DNA from: an uncultured Solirubrobacteraceae bacterium | GTDB taxonomy: Bacteria; Actinomycetota; Thermoleophilia; Solirubrobacterales; Solirubrobacteraceae | Reading direction: 5' to 3' | Length of the DNA: 64,000 nt | Assembly: GCA_963743985.1 (NCBI GenBank) | Contig: CAVUSD010000031.1 | Coordinates: 28,136 to 92,135, forward strand | Program-made: the position numbers and the translations under genes | The notes under the pieces: generated by a model | Told to the model about the DNA's origin: nothing | What the model saw: the letters and a program-made list of their open reading frames with translations, nothing else | Databases searched by the model: none | Shown here: in pieces, positions 38,119-47,284 of the stretch | Numbering within the stretch: position 1 is the first letter of the stretch | Layout of the letters: every line of letters starts with the position of its first letter

Positions 38119-38454
38119 TCACTCGCCCCGGCCGGTGAACCTGAACGCCTTGGTGCCGTCGGTGCAGACGTACCTGAAGCTATCCGGCGCCGCGAACCTG
38201 TGCGTGCATCGATACGCACGCAGATCGTCCGGAAAGCTCTCGATGAAGCGGTAGGCGGTCTTGCACGAGATGCGCATCACGCCGATCTGGCTGATCGCCA
38301 GCGCCGCGAAGCTCTTCGTCCCGTTGAACTGGCGCGGACAGCTGACGAACGGTGCCCGAGATCTCGCGGTGTGGTCGCGCGCCGCCGACGCCGTGACCGA
38401 CCACATGAGGCTCAGCGAGACAGCAGCAGCCGCGAAGAAGAGCGGTCGGCGCAT
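38119..38454 (-). CDS. Small secreted Cys-containing hypothetical protein
   Basis: Signal peptide ending ASA; four Cys. Confidence 0.55.
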   Translation of the reverse strand: MRRPLFFAAAAVSLSLMWSVTASAARDHTARSRAPFVSCPRQFNGTKSFAALAISQIGVMRISCKTAYRFIESFPDDLRAYRCTHRFAAPDSFRYVCTDGTKAFRFTGRGE

Positions 38455-38543
38455 GGCGGGAAGGTACCGATCGCGTTTTCTCGCGGCGCTGCTCGAATGT
38501 TGGCGATCTCGTAACCGCGTCCGTTACAGCAACGCCATGATTC

Positions 38544-39119
38544 TCAGGACTCGGTTGATCGCGACGCGGTCGTGGTCGCGTGTGCCTTCGCCCACTCCTG
38601 CTTGTGGGCGCGTTTGGTCGCCTGGTAATCGAGCAGCGCCTGCGGCGAATCGACGTCGGCCAGGGTCGGATGCCACGGGATCAGCGGCTCGGCGGCGGCA
38701 ACGCCGAACTGCTTGGCGAGGACCGCTCCCAGCGACGTGACCTTCATCTCGCCGAACCCCGGCAGACGCTCGAGGTTGCTCCGGAGTTGCTCGGTGTCGG
38801 CCGCGTCGGTCCACACGCGCGCGGCATCACCGTCGTACTCGTCGCGGATGTGAACCGCGAGGTCGTGCACGCGCTTGGCCATCGCGCCCGGATACCGGTG
38901 CAGCGCGGGCCGTTCGCGGAAGATCGGATCGAGGTCGGCCGCCGCGACCGCGGCGGGCTCGATCGAGCCAAGCCGCTCGCGCAGCACCTCAGGCCCCGAA
39001 AACGCCTTCTGGACCTGCACCTGCTGATCGAGCGCGAACCCGATCAGCAGCGCCATTGGGTCGGCCGCCAGCAGCGCGTTGGCGACGTCTGAGTCGGTGA
39101 AGAACAGCCGCTCCGGCAC
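38544..39119 (-). CDS. HhH-GPD-type base excision repair family protein (actinobacterial)
   Basis: LLIGFALDQQ..KAFSGP, LHRYPGAMA, LPGFGEMK, TLADVDS. Confidence 0.85.
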   Translation of the reverse strand: MPERLFFTDSDVANALLAADPMALLIGFALDQQVQVQKAFSGPEVLRERLGSIEPAAVAAADLDPIFRERPALHRYPGAMAKRVHDLAVHIRDEYDGDAARVWTDAADTEQLRSNLERLPGFGEMKVTSLGAVLAKQFGVAAAEPLIPWHPTLADVDSPQALLDYQATKRAHKQEWAKAHATTTASRSTES

Positions 39120-39169
39120 GGGGCGATGATAACTCCTGGCATCCGTCTCGGCCGGTATGGTTCGCCGCC

Positions 39170-40354
39170 ATGCCACCCCTGATTACGCGCGACGAGGCCC
39201 TGCAACTGGGCGCGATCGAGGACCACGCCGGGATCGAGGCGCTCGTGCAGCGCGCCTGGGAGGCCCGTGTCGAGCGGTTCGCGGACTCGACCGACATGTG
39301 CTCGCTGGTGAACGCCAAGTCCGGCGGCTGCGCCGAGGACTGCGGCTTCTGCGCCCAGTCCAAGTACGCCGAGGCCGAGACGCCGATGCACGCGATGATG
39401 GAGCCCGAGCAGATGCTCGAGCACGCGCGCGCCGCGGAGGCGGCCGGCGCGCACCGGTTCTGCATGGTCACCCAGGGGCAGGGCCTGTCCAAGCGTGACT
39501 TCGACAAGATCCTGGCGGGCGCCCGGCTGGTCGCCGAGAAGACCAACCTCAAGCGCTGCGCCTCGGTCGGCCACATGTCGGTCGCGCGCGCGAAGGCACT
39601 CAAAGAGGCCGGGATCCAGCGCGTGCACCACAACGTTGAGACCGCCGAGTCCTACTACCCGGAGGTCTCCTCGACCGTCCGCTATCAGGGTCGGATCCGC
39701 ACGATCGAGGCCGTTCGCGAGGCCGGTCTCGAGACCTGCGTCGGCGGGATCCTGAACCTTGGCGAAACGCGTGAACAGCGGGTCGAGATGGCGTTCGAGC
39801 TGGCCAAGATCAACCCCACGAGCGTCCCCATCAACCTGCTGAACCCGCGGCCGGGCACCAAGTTTGGCGACCGTGAGCTGATGGACCCGTGGGAGGTCGT
39901 GAAATGGATCGCGATCTTCCGGCTGATTCTCCCCGAGGCGCTGTTCCGACTCTGCGGTGGACGCGTCGAGAACCTCGGTGAACTCCAGGCGACCGCGGTG
40001 CGGGCGGGCCTCAACGGCGTGATGATGGGCAACTTTCTGACGACGTTGGGCAACACCCCCGAGCAGGACCAGCAGATGTTCACCGACGCCGGCTTGAACA
40101 TCGCGCGTCAGGACGACAACGGCTCGAACCCGCGGCCCGACAACCGCTCGGGCTGGCTGCAGGGCGAGACGCCGGACGTGATCACCGCCACGCTGACCGA
40201 CGAGCCCGCGTTCGAGATCCGTCTCTGGGATCCGTCGACGCAGTTGCGCTTCACCCCCAAGCGAACCGTGCCGCCCCGCCCGGACGGCGCCCGCAACAGC
40301 GGTCACGACCGCGACACTCGTGAGGCGGCCGCGCGCCGCGCCCACGCTGCCTGA
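39170..40354 (+). CDS. bioB: Biotin synthase
   Basis: CAEDCGFCAQS radical SAM motif; RFCM, RCAS, HHNVET, TCVGG, SVPIN. Confidence 0.96.
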   Translation: MPPLITRDEALQLGAIEDHAGIEALVQRAWEARVERFADSTDMCSLVNAKSGGCAEDCGFCAQSKYAEAETPMHAMMEPEQMLEHARAAEAAGAHRFCMVTQGQGLSKRDFDKILAGARLVAEKTNLKRCASVGHMSVARAKALKEAGIQRVHHNVETAESYYPEVSSTVRYQGRIRTIEAVREAGLETCVGGILNLGETREQRVEMAFELAKINPTSVPINLLNPRPGTKFGDRELMDPWEVVKWIAIFRLILPEALFRLCGGRVENLGELQATAVRAGLNGVMMGNFLTTLGNTPEQDQQMFTDAGLNIARQDDNGSNPRPDNRSGWLQGETPDVITATLTDEPAFEIRLWDPSTQLRFTPKRTVPPRPDGARNSGHDRDTREAAARRAHAA

Positions 40355-40399
40355 ACCGGCCGCGCGCATCATTCGCCCCCGCCCCGGGTTTATGGCGGT

Positions 40400-41860
40400 A
40401 TGCCCCGCCGCCGAAGCCCGCGTCTCCCGCTGACGACGATCGCTGCGCTCACCATCGCCGCGCTGTCGCTGCCTGGCGCAGCGTCGGCGCGGACCTCGCG
40501 TCCGGCGGTAGACGGATCCACGGCGGCGCAGGCCGGAGCGTTGATCGGCCGCGTCACGGCACCGGCTGCCGGCGCATCGGCCTTGGAGCCCGTCGCCGAT
40601 GAGCTTGTGACGGCAACCAGTCTGACCGGTATCCGCTACACGACGACGACCGCGGCGAACGGGTGGTACGACCTCGAGCAGGTGCCTCAGGGCTCCTACG
40701 TGGTGACGGTCGCAGAGCCCGCGCCGGCGACCGGCACCGCGACCGCGAGCGCGGCGGTGGACGCCGCCGGTCTCACGACGGCGGCGGACCTGCAACTGGC
40801 CGCGCCGGTCGCGACGATCACCGGCACGGTCACCGGAGCGCACGGTGGTCCACTGGCGGGGATGCCGATCACCCTCAGCTCGCCGGACGGCGACAACTGC
40901 GCCACCGCGCCGGCGTGCGGCACGGACACCCACTCGGGGCAGAGCGGTCGTTATACGCTGCGTGTCCCGGCCGGTGCCTACACGCTGCAGGCCTCCGACG
41001 CGGGTCGGCCGACGGCAGCACAGACCGTCATGGCACCGGCGGGTGCGGTGACCCGCGCATCGATCTCGGTCCCGCTGCCACCGATTCCCGCGGGCTTGGC
41101 CGCAGATCGGTCGACGCGGGATCTTCGGCTGCTCAGCGCCGAGCGTGCCGCCGATGGTCTGCCGGCGGGCCTGACGCTCGCGCCTCGGTGGTCGGCGGAG
41201 TGCGCAGCCCACGACGCCTACGAGCGAGATAACGGCGTGCTCACGAGCACCGAGAACCCGGACTCGCCCGGCGCCTCGATCGGAGGGGCCTGGGCCGGCC
41301 TCAACAGCGATCTCGCCCAGGGCCGCTGGACGCGCTCCGCCAGCCCGTGGGAGAACGCACCGATCCACCTGCTGGCGCTACTGGCCCCGAGCCTCTCGAT
41401 CATCGGGATCGACGACAGCAACGGCTATCAGTGCGCCACCACCTACCCGGGACTGGTCCGCGCGCCAACTGCCACCGACCGGATCTCGACCTACCCCGCC
41501 AACGGCGCCAAGCACATACCGCCGTCTGAGCAGGCGAGGGAGTCGCCGTTCGTTCCCGGGCAGTTCGTCGGGATCCCGAGCGGTCACACCGCCGGCCGCG
41601 AGCTGTTCGTCTACCTCAACCTCGCCCACCAGATCGGACAGGCACCGGTCGACGTCGTGTCGGCCACGCTGGCGGCCCGAGGTCACCCGGTCGCGCTGCG
41701 CTGGGTCGACGCCCAGACCCCGACCGTGGGTCGGTACCTCGCGGGCGCGATCCTGATCCCGGTCAGGCCGCTACGGCCCCGGACCCGGTACAGCGCGTCC
41801 GTCAGCGTGCAGGATCGGTCGGCGACGCTGACCCGCCGCTGGAGCTTCACGACCCGCTGA
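40400..41860 (+). CDS. Secreted protein with carboxypeptidase-regulatory-like beta domains and a CAP-like domain
   Basis: Signal peptide; repeated G.VT..G.Y.L..P.G.Y.V modules; ERAADGLP..AHDAY..WENAPIH..LL; RRWSFTT end. Confidence 0.7.
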   Translation: MPRRRSPRLPLTTIAALTIAALSLPGAASARTSRPAVDGSTAAQAGALIGRVTAPAAGASALEPVADELVTATSLTGIRYTTTTAANGWYDLEQVPQGSYVVTVAEPAPATGTATASAAVDAAGLTTAADLQLAAPVATITGTVTGAHGGPLAGMPITLSSPDGDNCATAPACGTDTHSGQSGRYTLRVPAGAYTLQASDAGRPTAAQTVMAPAGAVTRASISVPLPPIPAGLAADRSTRDLRLLSAERAADGLPAGLTLAPRWSAECAAHDAYERDNGVLTSTENPDSPGASIGGAWAGLNSDLAQGRWTRSASPWENAPIHLLALLAPSLSIIGIDDSNGYQCATTYPGLVRAPTATDRISTYPANGAKHIPPSEQARESPFVPGQFVGIPSGHTAGRELFVYLNLAHQIGQAPVDVVSATLAARGHPVALRWVDAQTPTVGRYLAGAILIPVRPLRPRTRYSASVSVQDRSATLTRRWSFTTR

Positions 41861-41911
41861 CCGCGTCGCGGGCATGACGTCCGGCCGGTCCCGTAGCTTG
41901 ACGATTCAGCC

Positions 41912-43273
41912 ATGGTCGAAATCGAAGCGCGACTGGATGAGCTGTCATCGCTGGGCCTGCGACGTCGCACGCGACTTGTCAGCGGCCCCCAGGGAGCGCA
42001 TGTGCTGCTCGACGGCCAGCCGGTGCTGCTGCTCTGCTCGAACAACTACCTCGGGCTGGCCGACCATCCCCGCATTCGCGAGGCCGCGGCTGACGCCGCC
42101 ATGCGATGGGGAGTCGGTAGCGGCGCCTCACGGCTCGTGTCCGGCACGATGACGATCCACCGCCGGCTCGAGCAACGACTGGCCGATTTCAAGCTCCGCG
42201 AACGCGCGCTGTTGTTCGGATCCGGCTATCTCGCCAACACCGGGATCGTGGCCGCTCTCGCGCGGCCGGGTGATGTGATCTTCTCCGACGCCCTCAACCA
42301 CGCGTCGATCGTCGACGGCTGCCGGCTCTCGCGCGCGGAGGTGTTCGTCTACGACCACTGCGATGTCGAGCATCTGCGGTGGGGAATCGAACGCGCCGAG
42401 GGTCGCGGCGCGCTGATCGTCACCGACAGCGTCTTCTCGATGGACGGCGACATCGCGCCGCTCGCGGAGATCGCCGAACTGGCAGGCCGTTTCGGTCTGC
42501 GCACCGTGGTCGACGAGGCGCACGCGACCGGCACGATCGGCCCTGGCGGGCGAGGCGCGGTGGCCGCCGCCGGACTCGAGGACGAGATCGACGTGATCGT
42601 CGGGACACTCAGCAAGGCGCTCGGCTGCTACGGCGCATTCGCCGCCTGTGACGCGTCGATGGCTCGCTACCTCACCAACGCCGCTCGCACGTTCATCTTC
42701 TCCACCGCGTTGCCGCCGCCGGTGGTCGCCGGCGCTCTCGCCGCGCTCGACCTGCTGGAATCCGAGCCGCGCCGGGTGCAGCGGCTCGCTGCGAACGCCA
42801 ACACGCTGCGTGCTGCACTCGCTGCCGAGGGCCTCGAGCCGGGCGACTCGGTGACGCCGATCGTGCCCTTGGTGATCGGCGACGCCGGCCAGGCGGTCGC
42901 CGTCAGCGAGGCCGCGCTCGAACGCGGCGTGTTCGCCCAGGCGATCCGACCGCCGACCGTGCCCGAGCACACCTCCCGGCTGCGGCTCGCGGTGATGGCC
43001 ACCCATCGTGAGCGTGAACTGCGTGAGGCGGCGCGGACGCTCGCGGCCGCCGTGCGGGCAGTCGGCGTCGGCGTCGGGGCTCGCTCCGGTCCGCGGGCAG
43101 CGCCCGATCTTCCGATTGCGGTGCCCGAACGCGACCCAGCACCAACTCCGGCCTTCGCCCGCGCGACCGTGTTCGACGGCGACGCGATACCGGCTCGCTC
43201 ATCCGTGTTCGACGGGGACGCGCCGGAGCGCGCGTTCGAGGGGGACGAGGCACCGACTCGCCGGGCTGCGTGA
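41912..43273 (+). CDS. bioF: 8-amino-7-oxononanoate synthase
   Basis: SNNYLGL, GSGASRL, DALNHAS, FSMDGD, DEAH, GTLSKA, IRPPTVP. Confidence 0.95.
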   Translation: MVEIEARLDELSSLGLRRRTRLVSGPQGAHVLLDGQPVLLLCSNNYLGLADHPRIREAAADAAMRWGVGSGASRLVSGTMTIHRRLEQRLADFKLRERALLFGSGYLANTGIVAALARPGDVIFSDALNHASIVDGCRLSRAEVFVYDHCDVEHLRWGIERAEGRGALIVTDSVFSMDGDIAPLAEIAELAGRFGLRTVVDEAHATGTIGPGGRGAVAAAGLEDEIDVIVGTLSKALGCYGAFAACDASMARYLTNAARTFIFSTALPPPVVAGALAALDLLESEPRRVQRLAANANTLRAALAAEGLEPGDSVTPIVPLVIGDAGQAVAVSEAALERGVFAQAIRPPTVPEHTSRLRLAVMATHRERELREAARTLAAAVRAVGVGVGARSGPRAAPDLPIAVPERDPAPTPAFARATVFDGDAIPARSSVFDGDAPERAFEGDEAPTRRAA

Positions 43274-43309
43274 CGCCGTGGTTGGCTGACCGCTGGCTAG
43301 CCTGCGAGC

Positions 43310-44059
43310 GTGCCCTGGAATCCGCGCCAGATCGTCGGCGACTCCGGCGATCAGCCGGTGGTCGCCGAGCGGCTGCGTGGCTGCCTGGTCACCGGTACGG
43401 ATACGGGCGTCGGCAAGACGGTTGTCGCTGCGGCGATCGTCGCCCGTCTGCGTGAGCGAGGACGTGCGGTTCGCGCGATCAAGCCATTGATCACCGGCCT
43501 CGACGAGCCGCCCGACGACGACTGGCCACCCGATCACGAGCTGCTGGCCCGCGTCAGCGGTCAGAGCGCCGACGAGACGATGCTGCACGGCTTCGGTCCG
43601 GCCGTCTCCCCGCATCTGGCGGCCGAGCTCGCCCGCGTCTCACCCCCCTCGATCCGCACGCTCACTGCCGAGATCCGCGCCGCGACGCCAGCGGGGTCGG
43701 TGGCGATCGTTGAGGGCGTCGGTGGGCTGCTCGTGCCGATCAACCCCAGTGGCTTCGTGCTCGACCTGGCGGTCGCGCTCGAGTTGCCGCTGATCGTCGT
43801 GGCGCGCCCGGGGCTCGGGACGATCAACCACACGCTGCTGACCGTCAACGCCGCGCGGGCAGCCGGCCTGCGGGTCGCGGGGGTCGTGATGACCCCGTGG
43901 CCGGCTGAGCCCGACGTGATCGTGCGGTCCAACCGGGACACGATCCAGAGGCTGCTCAAGGTCCAGGTCGCGGGACTGCCGTTCGTCGCGTCCGCCCAGC
44001 CGGGTCCGCTCGCGGCCGCTGGCGCCGCGGTGCCGATCCAGCGGTGGTTCGGGTTCTGA
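43310..44059 (+). CDS. bioD: Dethiobiotin synthase
   Basis: TGTDTGVGKT, VEGVGGLLVP, LGTINHTLLT. Start may be 43358. Confidence 0.95.
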   Translation: MPWNPRQIVGDSGDQPVVAERLRGCLVTGTDTGVGKTVVAAAIVARLRERGRAVRAIKPLITGLDEPPDDDWPPDHELLARVSGQSADETMLHGFGPAVSPHLAAELARVSPPSIRTLTAEIRAATPAGSVAIVEGVGGLLVPINPSGFVLDLAVALELPLIVVARPGLGTINHTLLTVNAARAAGLRVAGVVMTPWPAEPDVIVRSNRDTIQRLLKVQVAGLPFVASAQPGPLAAAGAAVPIQRWFGF

Positions 44060-44087
44060 CCGCGGTGGCGGCTACCGTGGCGGCAGG

Positions 44088-45434
44088 ATGGCGTCTGCCC
44101 GTGATCTGATCCAGGCCGACCGGGACCACCTCTGGCACCCGTTCACCCAGCAGGCGAGCTGGGTCGAGCAGGCGCTGCCGCTGGTGGTCGACCATGCCGA
44201 GGGAACGAACCTCTACGACGTCGAGGGCCGCGCCTACATCGATGGCGTCTCGTCACTGTGGTGCAACGTCCACGGCCACCGCCACCCGGCGATCGACCAG
44301 GCGATCCGCGACCAGCTCGACCGGGTCGCTCACTCGACCATGCTCGGGCTCACGCACGAGCCGGCGATCGAGCTCGCTCGCCGGCTCGTCGAGATCGCAC
44401 CGCCCGGCCTGACGCGCGTGTTCTACTCCGACAGCGGGTCGACCGCGGTCGAGGTGGCGTTGAAGATGGCCTACCAGTGGTGGGCGCAGCGGGGCGAACC
44501 CGGCCGGACCGGGTTCATCAGCCTGGAGAACGCCTACCACGGCGACACGCTGGGCGCGGTCTCGGTCGGCGGGATCGAGACGTTCCATTCGCTGTACCGG
44601 CCGCTGCTGTTCAACACCTGGCAGGCCCGCGCGGGCGATGCCGATCACCTGGAACGTCTGCTGACCGAGCATGGCGAGAGCGTCGCCGCGGTCATCCTCG
44701 AGCCGCTGGTCCAGGGCGCCGCCGGCATGCTGACGATGCCGAGCGGGTTCCTCGCGCGGGCGCGCGAGCTCTGTGACGAGCATGGTGTGCTGCTGATCTG
44801 CGATGAGGTCGCGACCGGCTTCGGGCGCACCGGCGCGATGTTCGCCTGCGAGCGCGAGACCGTCTCGCCCGATCTGATGTGCCTCGGCAAGGGGCTGACG
44901 GGCGGCTACCTGCCACTCGCGGCGACCCTGACGACCGAGCGCATCTACGACGGGTTCCTCGGCCGGCCCGAGGAGCTGCGGACGTTCTTCCACGGCCACA
45001 CCTTCACCGGCAACCCGCTCGGGTGCGCCGCCGGAATCGCCACGCTCCAGACCTTCGAGCGCGAGCAGACGGTGCAGCGCTCGCTGGGCAAGATCGAGCT
45101 GCTGACCCGACTGCTCGACGAGCGGGTCGCCCCGCTCTCCGGCGTCGCCGAGATCCGGCAATGCGGCTTGATGGTCGGAATCGAGCTGCACCCCGGCGAC
45201 GCGCTCGGCAGCCGGGTGACGCAGGCGGCGCGCCGCCGCGGTGCCGTGATCCGGCCGCTCGGCGACGTGATCGTGCTGATGCCGGCGCCGGCGATGTCGT
45301 CAGACCAGATCGAACGCCTGGTCGCGATCACGGCCGACGCGATCGCAGCGGTGTGCGTCGACGACGAGCTCGCCCTCGGGCGTCGCCGAGTCCTCGAACG
45401 CCTGAGGCGGGCGTTCAGTCCTCGTACGGCGTGA
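44088..45434 (+). CDS. bioA: Adenosylmethionine-8-amino-7-oxononanoate transaminase
   Basis: [51 protein letters not shown]. Confidence 0.96.
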   Translation: MASARDLIQADRDHLWHPFTQQASWVEQALPLVVDHAEGTNLYDVEGRAYIDGVSSLWCNVHGHRHPAIDQAIRDQLDRVAHSTMLGLTHEPAIELARRLVEIAPPGLTRVFYSDSGSTAVEVALKMAYQWWAQRGEPGRTGFISLENAYHGDTLGAVSVGGIETFHSLYRPLLFNTWQARAGDADHLERLLTEHGESVAAVILEPLVQGAAGMLTMPSGFLARARELCDEHGVLLICDEVATGFGRTGAMFACERETVSPDLMCLGKGLTGGYLPLAATLTTERIYDGFLGRPEELRTFFHGHTFTGNPLGCAAGIATLQTFEREQTVQRSLGKIELLTRLLDERVAPLSGVAEIRQCGLMVGIELHPGDALGSRVTQAARRRGAVIRPLGDVIVLMPAPAMSSDQIERLVAITADAIAAVCVDDELALGRRRVLERLRRAFSPRTA

Positions 45435-45576
45435 AGTCGGCCTTGCGCGCGCCGCACACCGGGCAGAACCAGGTGTCGGGGATGTCGTCGAACTCGGTGC
45501 CGGGCGGAATCCCGCCATCGGGATCGCCCTCTTCGGGGTCGTAGATGAACCCGCACGATTCACACATGTATTTCAT
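45415..45576 (-). CDS. Rubredoxin (53 aa), absent from the ORF track
   Basis: [53 protein letters not shown]. Confidence 0.95.
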   Translation of the reverse strand: MKYMCESCGFIYDPEEGDPDGGIPPGTEFDDIPDTWFCPVCGARKADFTPYED

Positions 45577-45663
45577 GGGCGCGGAAGCCTAGTGGTTTTG
45601 CTCCGTGAGTCGCGCGTCTGCTCCACGGGCCACGCCCGACCCGATTTGCTTTAGGGTCGGCCC

Positions 45664-46299
45664 GTGAGCAGTGACCGCCTCGAGCCCGGTTCCGAACTCA
45701 ACACCGGCGAGGTCGTCGTCCCCCGGTTGGCCGCGACCGTGATGCTGCTCCGTGGCGGCGCGGACCGGCTGGAGGTGCTGTTGGCGAAGCGCACCCCGGC
45801 GGCTCGCTTCATGGGCGGGGCCTGGGTGTTCCCGGGTGGCTCGGTATCCGCCGCGGACGGCGCAGGCGCGGCCGCGCTGCGAGCGGCGGGGGTGCGCGAA
45901 CTGGCCGAGGAGGTCGGGGTCCAACTGCCGGCCGACGCGGAACTGATCGCCTTCTCGAACTGGATCACGCCCGCGGAGGTCCGGATCCGGTTCGACACCT
46001 GGTTCTTTCTGGCGGTCGCGCCCGACGGCGCCGAGCCCGAGGTCGACGGTGAAGAGATCGTCGACGCCCGCTGGTTTGAGCCCGAGCAGGCGCTGGCAGC
46101 CGCCGACCGTGGGCAGATCATGCTGGTGTTCCCGACGGTCAAGCACCTCGAGCAGATCTCAGGGTTCGGGTCAGTCGACGCACTGCTGGACCACGCCCGC
46201 CACCAGACCGTACGCCCGGTGCAGCCACGGATGCTCGGCGCCGACCGTGGCGAGACCGCGCGGATCGTCCTGCCCGGCGAGCCCGGATACGACGGCTGA
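45664..46299 (+). CDS. NUDIX hydrolase (NUDT19 / acyl-CoA diphosphatase-like)
   Basis: PRLAATVMLLR, WVFPGG, RELAEEVG, WITP..RFDTWFF. Confidence 0.88.
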   Translation: MSSDRLEPGSELNTGEVVVPRLAATVMLLRGGADRLEVLLAKRTPAARFMGGAWVFPGGSVSAADGAGAAALRAAGVRELAEEVGVQLPADAELIAFSNWITPAEVRIRFDTWFFLAVAPDGAEPEVDGEEIVDARWFEPEQALAAADRGQIMLVFPTVKHLEQISGFGSVDALLDHARHQTVRPVQPRMLGADRGETARIVLPGEPGYDG

Positions 46300-46381
46300 G
46301 CCCGCTTGGCCGGCGGGACGATGACCTGACGCCCGCGCGTCCGGTTGATACCCAGCCAGCCCGCCCGGTGGCGCCTGCGCG

Positions 46382-47113
46382 CTAGGTGTGACTCGACAGG
46401 TTCGGCAGGCCGAGGTCCGACAGCCAGTGGCTGACGGTGATGTTCATCTGCGTGAACTGACCGGTCCAGATCAGGATTCCCATCAGGATCAGCACCGAGC
46501 CGCCCAGGCAGATGACGACCGGGTAGTGACGCTTGACCACCGCGAACGCCGACGTGGCGCGACCGAAGGCGAGGCCGGCGAACAGGAAGGGGACGGCCAG
46601 ACCGGCGCAGTAGACGGCCAACAGAAGCGCCCCGCGGCTGGCTGAGGCGGAGGTTCCCGCGGCGGTGATGATCGCGCCCAGGGTCGGCCCGGTGCACGGC
46701 GTCCAGGCCAGCGCGAACGCCGCGCCGATGAGCACGGGGCCGCCCCGCCCCGCCCGCTCCATCAGTCCGTCGAAGTGCCAGGTGCGGCTGAGAGCGGGGA
46801 CGAACGAGGACAGCAGGAACACGATCCCCATCACGATGATCACGGCGCCCGAGATCTTCAGCGCGGTCGTGCCGGTCAGCTCGGTGCGCAACGCCCGCTG
46901 GCCGAGCAGACCGAGCGCGATGAAGATGAATGAGAAGCTGCCGCAGAAGGCGAGCGTCGGGCCGATCACGCGGCTGGCACGGATCTCGTCCGGGCGACCG
47001 CCGGCGACCGCCGACAGGTAGCCCGGCACCAAAGGCAACACGCACGGCGACAGAAAGGAAATCAACCCGGCGCTGAACGCGAGCGGGAATCCGATACCCG
47101 AGGCCGCACTCAT
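46382..47113 (-). CDS. ccdA: Cytochrome c biogenesis protein CcdA family
   Basis: SFLSPCVLPLVPGYL and WTPCTGP motifs. Confidence 0.92.
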   Translation of the reverse strand: MSAASGIGFPLAFSAGLISFLSPCVLPLVPGYLSAVAGGRPDEIRASRVIGPTLAFCGSFSFIFIALGLLGQRALRTELTGTTALKISGAVIIVMGIVFLLSSFVPALSRTWHFDGLMERAGRGGPVLIGAAFALAWTPCTGPTLGAIITAAGTSASASRGALLLAVYCAGLAVPFLFAGLAFGRATSAFAVVKRHYPVVICLGGSVLILMGILIWTGQFTQMNITVSHWLSDLGLPNLSSHT

Positions 47114-47239
47114 TTCAGACGTCGGAGTCTACCCTCGACGGCGAGCTGCGACGCCGCCGGGACTCGGCTCACGGTCCAGATCCGCCGGCCGTGGTCTGAG
47201 TCGACCGATGTACGCATTCTGCCCGCAGCTCACGTAGAC

Positions 47240-47266
47240 GGAAACTTTTGACCGGGGCGAGCGTTA
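47240..47266 (+). promoter_or_regulatory. ECF-type promoter GGAAAC-N16-CGTTA upstream of ECF sigma 1
   Basis: ggaaacttttgaccggggcgagcgtta. Confidence 0.55.
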
Positions 47267-47284
47267 CAGTTGCCAAGGTTCACA

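Noticed and set aside
39044-41368. 774-aa minus-strand ORF and the many similar long Arg/Pro-rich ORFs in the track
   Set aside because: High-GC shadow frames opposite or overlapping well-supported genes, with no motifs.
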